A stretch of DNA of 64,000 nucleotides, from positions 2,108,001-2,172,000 of the forward strand of contig CM022667.1 of assembly GCA_012295275.1 (NCBI GenBank), read 5' to 3'. Positions within the stretch are counted from its first letter, which is position 1; each line of letters begins with the position of its first letter. Made by a program: the position numbers and the translations under genes. Below are positions 55,180 to 64,000 of the stretch, in pieces. This DNA comes from Chrysomallon squamiferum. Taxonomy: Eukaryota > Animalia > Mollusca. The notes under the pieces were generated by a model. It did not search any database, was not told the origin of the DNA, and was given only the letters and a program-made list of their open reading frames with translations.

Positions 55180-55520
55180 AAAATGAAGAATTTTTTCAGG
55201 GTCATCTGCACCTCTCTGTTGTTTTTTTATTTTTATTTTTTTTATGATGTCTGGAATGTCGACTTCACTGACAGTTCTTGGATTCGGCACAGGTTCATCA
55301 TCCAGCTTCCTTTTATCTTTAAACTTCATGATCACAAATCACAGTTTTAACAGCGGTTCACGATGTTGTCTGAACCTAACAGAGATTCCTTTTGTGCCAC
55401 GATTACATTTTAATCAAAATGACGGTTATTTCGTTCAGATCTATACACACTAAGGGCGCGCCGACATAAGAGCTTTTGTCGACGCGCTTTTGTCGACGAC
55501 GCTCTTATGTCGACGCTCCC
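55180..55520 (-). mobile_element. Degenerate MULE (Mutator-like) transposase fragment plus an adjacent 67-bp terminal hairpin
   Basis: Minus-strand KRKLDDEPVPNPRTVSEVDIPD...GADDPEKILHF resembles the 'PxxPxxxxxIP...YDSGxxDxxRILIF' segment upstream of the MULE DDE domain (recalled family pattern, not searched). At 55454-55520, gggcgcgccgacataagagc and gctcttatgtcgacgctccc form 20-bp inverted ends. Confidence 0.5.
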
Positions 55521-56275
55521 TCTGAACAACCACCACCACCAGCCCCCTGACTTTTCTACGTGTGAGCAATGTTGACCAACCCCAAAACAGTGTTCTATTT
55601 CGTTCTTGGTTGTTTCTTTGAACGCAAAATTTTAGCGATTACATCTTTGAAAACCACTTTTAAGAGATGGTAAACATATACGCGAACGTAACAGACATGC
55701 AGTGTACTGTGATTTTAACACTACTGGGGCACACCCCGAATGTAAATGCCCAGCAATCTAAAATACTGTTCGCTTATTACCAGTATGTCTGTTACGAAAT
55801 ATTTAACATGCGAGTCTACAGTACACATTACTACAGAAACTTCTCGTATTCAAATTTCTGTCTTTAAAGTGAAGGCTGTAAATCAGACTGCAGAAATTGA
55901 AGAATTTGAATTTTTTCTGTAACTTTGCTCATTTATATTTTTGTCTTTTTTTGTTTTACTGTTTGTGATTTTTGTTATTTTTGCTGTTTTATTATTATTA
56001 TTATTATTATTAGCTGTTTTATTATTATTATTATTATTTCCGACTGATTCGTATTCGTACTGTACTTAGAAATTTCAGTTATATTCTTATTATCATAGAT
56101 ACATTTTACATGAAACTTACTGTTGCTGAGATAAGTGAACGTCAGTTAATAATGAATAAAAGTTATTTTAAGTCATATCAAAATCCACACACTTATATAA
56201 GAATAAAAGTCAGATTCTTTTCATTAATGTTTAATATATTAATTGTCTGCAGATTATTATTATTACTATTATTAC

Positions 56276-56315
<40 letters not shown>

Positions 56316-56322
56316 GTTATAG

Positions 56323-56400
<78 letters not shown>

Positions 56401-57543
56401 GTTATTATTATTATTATTATTATTATTATTGTTGTTGTTGTTATTATTATTATTATTGTGTTGTATATAATGTAAATGGCACGAATACTGTACATGTTTT
56501 ATATTTTGTAATGTACATACATCGTTCTATATATTTGTATAATTTACAGGTAACAGTGACAATAAACTTTTATCTGCTACATGTTGTTAATTATATTTAA
56601 CAACATTAAAAAGTGTGGTGTTTTACCTGTAAAGCTTGCAGTTAAATAAATTCTATACGTTATTTTACTCTGTGTATTTTACACTGTACAAACAGTTTTG
56701 AGATGATATTTTTCTAAACACAAAAGTGAGACGAAAGGTGAATTTTTTGTTGTTGCTTTATTGGACTGCCAGTCGAATTGTGGTCAAATGTTTACGAGAA
56801 ACATCACGTTTATTCTGAAATAGCAATAATGGTATAATCATTAGTAATACAGTTTAGCAATAAAAAAAGATCTGTAATACAGTTATATAACTGTGTAATA
56901 TGTATAATTATATAATACAAAAGTTCAGTTTATTTTTCATATTATAAAGATTGGTAATTCAAACATATAGTTTATTTTTTGTATTATAAAGTTTCGTAAT
57001 TCAAATATATATATATATATATTTTTTTTTTTTTAATACAGATGAAGAGATAAATGTTTAAAGTAAACATTTCGTAATCCAGTGGACGTTTAGCGATTAG
57101 TACAATATACAATTTATGTTTCGAAGTAGGTTACTAAATTCTCCAATAATACAAACAATTATTAGTAAATCGTACTACACTGAAACTGCTTCTTACTTTT
57201 ATCTCGACAAATACACACATTCTGGCTGTTGCAGTGGCCAACTAATTTATTCTCATCCCAACAATGAATCGCACAGAGGGACTTTCCCCATTGATTAGCA
57301 TCAAGCAAGTGACACGTTATCATCCGTTTATTAACGGACACTTCAGACTCCTCGCCTAAAGAATCATAGAAACAAACAAGTTACTAACAATACGTCTAGC
57401 GTAGTTAGTAAGTTACTAACAGTTTTACACGTACGTCTAGCGTAGTTAGTATCTGAGGTTTAAATGATCATACTGTTAAATTGTGTGTAATTTTATAATC
57501 ACTGAGAGCACATAACAAGCAAACCATCATTACTAGTTCAGTA

Positions 57544-58308
57544 CAGTGGTACCTTGACTTACGAGTTTAATTCGTTCCGTAACCGAATTCGTATCTCAAT
57601 TTGTTCGTTTATCAAATCGATTTTCCGAACTGAAATCAACTGAAATACCAAAAATCCGTTCCAGCCCCCCAAAACCACCTAATTTTTTTTTTTTTTATTT
57701 ATTTTTTTTTTTATTTTTTGTAACGTGATTTTAAATAAGAAAAATGTATTTATAAATGACAAATATTGTATTAAAAACAAATTAAAAGAGAATGTAAAGA
57801 AATAAACTGATTTTGTAAAGTGTATTTATCTTCAAGATCAGCAAAATTATTTTATCGCCTTTGGCTGGAGTTACAGCCTTTATCGACTCCTTCTGCTTCA
57901 GTATGGTACATATCGTAGAAGTACTACGCTCGTACTGCCTAGCCAAGTCGACTACATGCACATCTCGCTCATGTTTTTCTGTGAATTCAGGCTTTAATTT
58001 AATTGACAACATCCGCTCCTTCTTCTCAGCTAATGGTCAGAAAAAACAATTGGCAGCATACTGCACAAAACGGGAGCACAACACAACAGAGATGCTTCCG
58101 CGGCGAGTAACCAGGTGAAGTAAACGAGTGAGACACGGGATGCTGGCCGAATGTTATGTTGTTCGTTGCCCCAACTAGCGGCGGCGTATCTGAAGCTCGC
58201 TTGCAACTCGTAAAAAAAGGTCGACCGTTGGGGCAAACAATTGACCGGCCGGCTGCTCGTAACTAAAAAGGTCGTAAGTTGGGGCACTCGTAATTCAAGG
58301 TACCACTG
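57544..58308 (-). mobile_element. Tigger/pogo (Tc1/mariner superfamily) internally deleted DNA transposon, 765 bp
   Basis: TA target-site duplication at 57542-57543 and 58309-58310. 23-bp TIRs cagtggtaccttga(c/a)ttacgagt with one mismatch. The remnant ORF 58012-57782 (MLSIKLKPEFTEKHERDVHVVDLARQYERSTSTICTILKQKESIKAVTPAKG) is a CENP-B-type N-terminal HTH; no DDE domain. Confidence 0.92.
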
Positions 58309-58936
58309 TATTAATAACTAAGTTAATTACATTTGACACTTTATAATAAATACAAGTTTATTTAACTTTCATTATTGTTATGCTATAGATAACAGTCAGA
58401 ATGGTTACAGTATTTTGTAAATGAGATATGATTTCAAAAATTTAAAAATACTCACACTGCGCTATGGACACCAGGAGAAGAACAACGAAAAGTTTTAAAA
58501 TCATCTTGACAACAAGAGAGACATTGGAAATACAAGATGAATTTCACTGCTTTTATACAGTTTTACATGTACAAATGTTACCGTTTTTCAACACCTTCCC
58601 GAATTTAATACGGTAATGTAATTACCGCATATCCTTACAAACTTTCCTAAATGGTTCCAACTGTTACCATAAATCTACAGCTCGACATTCCACGATTTGT
58701 CAATTTCTCACTAAGTGATATAATCGCAAAAATTTCATTACCTTTCAGGACACAAACGTGATAGTTCCTGTACCAAACAGAAGAAACAACGAGAGACGGT
58801 AAAAAACAGTTATAATACAAACAAAAGAAGGTGAGACAACTGTATATTGTAAAAATCAAAATAAATTAATCCCAGTCCGTCATCTGGCCTGGGGTATAGT
58901 AACTTATTAAACTCTTTATTTATTCCTTATTATTAC

Positions 58937-58982
<46 letters not shown>

Positions 58983-60654
58983 TGTATTATTATTATTACA
59001 ATTTTGTTTTTCAATTTAATGGTTTGATATATGAATCCAGCATGAACTGATTTTAACTCATCAAATTTTATAAACTCGAATGTTCATCTTCGTCATCATC
59101 ATCATCATCAACAACATCATCATCATAATCATCTGGTTTTGCTTAGGGTATAGACGAAGTTCATGCACGTTTGTTTATCAGTTACTACTCAGTGATCCTT
59201 CAGCTCTTTCTTTCTTCAATTCAGCTTCGACACTTCTGTTGTTTTCTGACGTAATCTCTTCCTTTTCTCTCTAGAGGTCCAGCAGAATGCAGGTACGGAA
59301 ATTTCTGAGTTATCTTAGTACATGACCAATCTACACCGGTCAGTCCTTTTCAGTTATCTGCTACTGATGGATGGTATGCATTCTTGGTTTCACCAAGGAG
59401 CTGTGAATTTAATTTAATTTAATTTAATTATAAAATTTAATAATTAAAAATAAATTTAATTTTTGGAAGTCACTGAAGCTGAAAACAATGTTTTTTAATC
59501 GTATCTGTCAGCGGACCGGGATCATGTGATCTTCTGGAAAGTTAAAAAGAACACGTCTGTCGTTTCTTTGTCACAGCTGTGCAGTGTTACTTCTGCATCC
59601 TTTCAGTATCTGTTACAACTAAGATAATCTTTAAATTTGCTGGCTGGACCTAACTTTAGATGTATGACAAACAATTATTCATGCTGGTAATTCTTTTGGC
59701 ATATTTCGTTACAAAACCATTACCCTGTCATGTCATGGACACAAACTCTGTCCTAGCAAGGAAATTCGGACTAAAACAAACGAAGTCGATTGAAACACTT
59801 CTCTTCTAGTATTTGATGGTCCAAAGAATACTCACAATAAAAAGTGATGGATACATTATCAACTGGGTAGTCGCAGAACTCAAGAAACGTTAGGAAACAA
59901 AATTCACTTTCATTATTTTGTTATGCAAATGGTCAAAAATTATAAATAAAACTCCATTATTTGTAGAAAAACGAAAAATTATCTTTGACAGATATCAACA
60001 AGTATAAAATAATTTCAAGGCTACAGAGTATCCTGAAAACAAGACTGTTAAGTCCTTTAAATCACCAACAGCTAACTGGCACCCCATTTCACACAGAATC
60101 TAAACTATTTACGTGAGATGAAATTCTCTATGTACACAGCCATGCCTTTTTTCTAATTTTCTTGGCACTAATTTTCATTACCTGTGATATTTAAAGTTTT
60201 TCTTTATAACTAGGTTCATCAACAAACATTGAGGCTACTATCTGTCATCTCGATTAGTTATATTTAGACAACTGTAATTATACTTTTTTATACAACCCAT
60301 TCTGAATCATATTAGAAACATACATTAAACATATAGGTAGTAATATATAGTACACAGATAGTTAGTAACATATATTGAACATATAGTTAGTAACATATGT
60401 TAAACATATAGTTAGTATTTTAACAGCAATAACGCGAGCATTTATTAATAAATTACTGTTTAATTTAAAACATAAAATACAGAAATCTTGAAACATTATC
60501 CGCAAACAAATTAAAAATATACAACAATTTAATAATAATAATAATAATAATAATAACAGACGTATTCTGTTGTGCACTAGGTCATTGGGTTAGATTCGGC
60601 ACTACAGGGAGATAAGTGAACTCACAACAACTGATGAACCCATTAATAATAATG

Positions 60655-60706
<52 letters not shown>

Positions 60707-61336
60707 TAACAATAATAATAATAACAACAACGACGACAACAATCCACCCACATCAAAACAAAACATTTAAAAAGTGTTTGCCTGGATACAAGTACTTAGA
60801 CTATTACAAATGGAGTTAATTGCTACCGTTGTTTGAAAACAACAAATTGTGACGGTGAAGCCAGAGAATATGAAACGATTTATTACTGCAGTCATTATTA
60901 TCAACACCAGCCGCTTCTGTGACAGAAGAAAACTTAAAACGGTTAACGAATGTTTATTGCTAAAGAAACTGTTTTCAGTAGACAAAGATTATACGAAGAC
61001 GGAAGTAACTCAGGGAAGGAAATCCTATTCATGAAAACCCGTTAAACTAAACAATTTCATATCGCCAGAAAAAAGAAAGAAAAAAAATGTCTGTTTGACT
61101 CTGAAACTCGACTAGCTAATTTGAAGATTGACTGCTATCTGCCGAGAACAGATACAGATAGGAAACGATTTCTGGAGTAATTATTTGATAAGTTGTGCAT
61201 TGACAAAACAATATAATTAGCGAAAAGACTGGATTCCGAGAGAGTTGTTTATGAATACGAAAAGCTGATTTATAAATATGAATAAATAATAAATGTATCA
61301 ATGCAGTGACATTGATCTTTTATTAACATGACGTAT

Positions 61337-61424
<88 letters not shown>

Positions 61425-61631
61425 CAGTTTGAATCAGTTTTTTAAAATGAATTACTACTATTTTAAATGTTTTGTAATATTAAATAAAATGTAATAATAT
61501 TTGTTCTTGTTATTGTTGGTGTTAATTTGTTGGTTTAATTTTTCTTCTTTCTTTTTTTATTTTTTCTTTATTTTATTTTATTTCATTTTTTTATTTGTTT
61601 TTTATTATTAAAAAAAAATTATTATTATTAC

Positions 61632-61694
<63 letters not shown>

Positions 61695-61934
61695 TTAGTA
61701 TTTTTTTTTTTTTTTTTTTTTTTAGGTTTTAATACTTGTATATTAATATACTTAGTTAGTCGATTAATTAGTTATTTTATTTGTGTATTTGTTTTATCAT
61801 GTTGTACAATGAATTAAAAATACAAGTCAGTAAATAAGTTGCATATATTTATTAAATAAAGAGTTCGTCAGATCTGGTTGTGAAGAAAATCACTATTTGT
61901 CTCTTCAGCGTTGATGACGACTTTCTGTTGTGAT

Positions 61935-62772
61935 TTAACGGCATGTGAGATACATGCCCGTACCTTGACAACGTCCACTACAACATCTCCTCAGACTGTT
62001 TCTGTTGCATCGATTACCACGTCTGATACACTAAAAAAATATATAAAAACAGTATAAGTATGAATGTTTATCTGTATATCTATCCATATATCCACCTACG
62101 TATACATATTTTTATATATAGATATATATATATGACAAACATATATTACACACAGACAGACACACACACACACACATATATATGTAGATATAAATGCATG
62201 AACGTAGGTAGATAAGGATGTAAGTATTTACAGATTTAGAGACATTAACGGTAAACTGGTAAATAGATTCACACATTAGATAAATATATAGAGACATATA
62301 GACAGATAGATATATTGATATATATAGACAGACGGACAAAGAGAGAGATAAATAGGTAGGTAGATAGATTTATTTATTTATTTATTTATTTATTTGTTTG
62401 TTTGTTTGTTTGTTTGTTTATTGATCTGAAAATTGCGAACGTTACTAAAATATTTAAATAATGTTTTCTATAACATACTAACAAAACGTTTTGTTTGTAA
62501 AACTTAAGATTTTTAAAAATATAAACTTACACCTAAACCGCCGTTGTTTCCGTAACTACATCTGTTCTGTTGACATCTCAGAGTACCACAGCAACGACGT
62601 TGTCCTAAAGTTTGACACCACTGTCCTTGACGTACACACTGTAATTTTAATAGGTTAGAAATGTTAATGAGTTCAATTTTATTTTCTTACTTATTTACTT
62701 TCTTTCGTGCTGACTTAGTTACTTACTTTCTTTCTTACTTGTTTATATACTAACTTACTTGTTTTCTTATAT

Positions 62773-62868
<96 letters not shown>

Positions 62869-63181
62869 TCAAATAGGTAGTTAGGTAGCTAACTAGACAG
62901 ATAATAACAGAGATACAGATATACAAAAAGACTCTCTCTCTCTCTTTCTCTCTTTTTTTCTGCCCTCTCAGATACTCTACATGTTTAAACTGACAATATG
63001 AGTAGATAATGAATGACTGAAAAGAAATACTTTTCAAGTAAAGAAAAATAAGTGGCATCGCTGAAACTTTATCCTAAACAAACATCTGTGCATTAGAGAA
63101 ATCTCTTACATTGTAATTGTTGCTAAAAGCAAAAGCTGAAACTGCCATCGATACGAGAAGCCATAGTATCATGTACTGCAT
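61935..63181 (-). CDS. Secreted double-knottin (tandem inhibitor-cystine-knot, conotoxin framework VI/VII-like) cationic peptide, 91 aa
   Basis: Coding exons 63181-63110 (MQYMILWLLVSMAVSAFAFSNNYN; acceptor T-tract CAG before 63187; donor GTAAGA), 62638-62531 (CVRQGQWCQTLGQRRCCGTLRCQQNRCSYGNNGGLG; donor GTAAGT) and 62030-61935 (CIRRGNRCNRNSLRRCCSGRCQGTGMYLTCR, TAA). All introns are phase 0. AATAAA at 61853-61848. Confidence 0.88.
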
Positions 63182-63616
63182 TGTGATCTGAAAAAAAAAA
63201 AAAAATTCGATGAAAAAACAGAGTGAGTGTGAGGGAGTGGATGTGTGGCTCTGTAGCTGTGTTTCTCTGAACATTTGATTATAATAGCATAATAAACAGT
63301 TTTCGTATTTCTAAAACAGATTGAGAGAATCTGATCTCTTTCAGTACTTTTTTGTTTTGTATTTGTGTGTGTGTATATATATACTAAAGGACGTTGTCAT
63401 AAATACATAAATTATTAATAATTTAATACACGTGTGTAACCAATGTTTGTTAATGTGTGTATGGCTAGTTTGTCTCAGTAGCAGGTATGCATAGATGGAT
63501 GGACGAATATCTATATGAACGTATGTATTATGTATGTAGCTATATATATGTATGTAAGTATTTATGTAAATATGTAGGTAGATAGGAAAGTAGGTAAATA
63601 GCGAACTAAAGATCAT

Positions 63617-63726
<110 letters not shown>

Positions 63727-63757
63727 AAATGTTACAGCTAAAACATTTAAAACGTAC

Positions 63758-63816
63758 CTGTTGTTCTGTTGACTGTTCTGGTTATATTCGTCTACTGGTG
63801 TCTTGTGGTTTAAATA
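63758..63816 (-). promoter_or_regulatory. TATA-like box and short 5'UTR exon of the double-knottin gene
   Basis: TATTTAAA at 63816-63809. The exon ends at 63758 with a CAG|GTACGT donor, which can splice to the acceptor before 63187. Confidence 0.55.
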
Positions 63817-64000
63817 CTAAAATACTGTGGCCGTAAATGCCTCTATTTCAGATAACATCATACATATGAAGTCAAAAGTATCTCTATTGAAACATTTAAA
63901 TGACACTTCGGACAAGATAAAAAAAAGTTAATGAAAAATGTTGTATTAGTTTATTATTTATCTGTTATCTACCACGTATTAATTTAATATCTCTCTTATA

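Overview
AT-rich, microsatellite-dense animal genomic DNA with spliced (GT-AG) genes; it looks lophotrochozoan, probably a gastropod mollusc (inference). Most ORFs in the supplied track are microsatellite or antisense artefacts. Reading exons by hand gives five gene units. (1) Three copies of a small secreted Gly/Met/Tyr-rich protein gene; copies 1 and 2 form a ~2.6 kb palindrome with a compact divergent promoter, and every copy has its stop codon split by an intron. (2) An anion-selective Cys-loop ligand-gated channel (glycine-receptor/GluCl-like) whose N-terminal exons I cannot find. (3) A 12-exon SLC7 L-type amino-acid transporter light chain, with a duplicated in-frame 36-nt mini-exon candidate. 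(4) A 3-exon class A peptide-receptor-like GPCR on the minus strand. (5) The most striking item, missed by the ORF track: a 91-aa secreted, Arg-rich peptide with two tandem C-C-CC-C-C (inhibitor cystine knot, conotoxin framework VI/VII-like) domains, each on its own phase-0 exon. The window also holds a Tigger/pogo deletion derivative with TIRs and a TA duplication, a MULE-like transposase remnant, several foldback elements and minisatellites. Small indels in four gene copies, several at homopolymer or short-repeat runs, may be assembly errors rather than true pseudogenisation.
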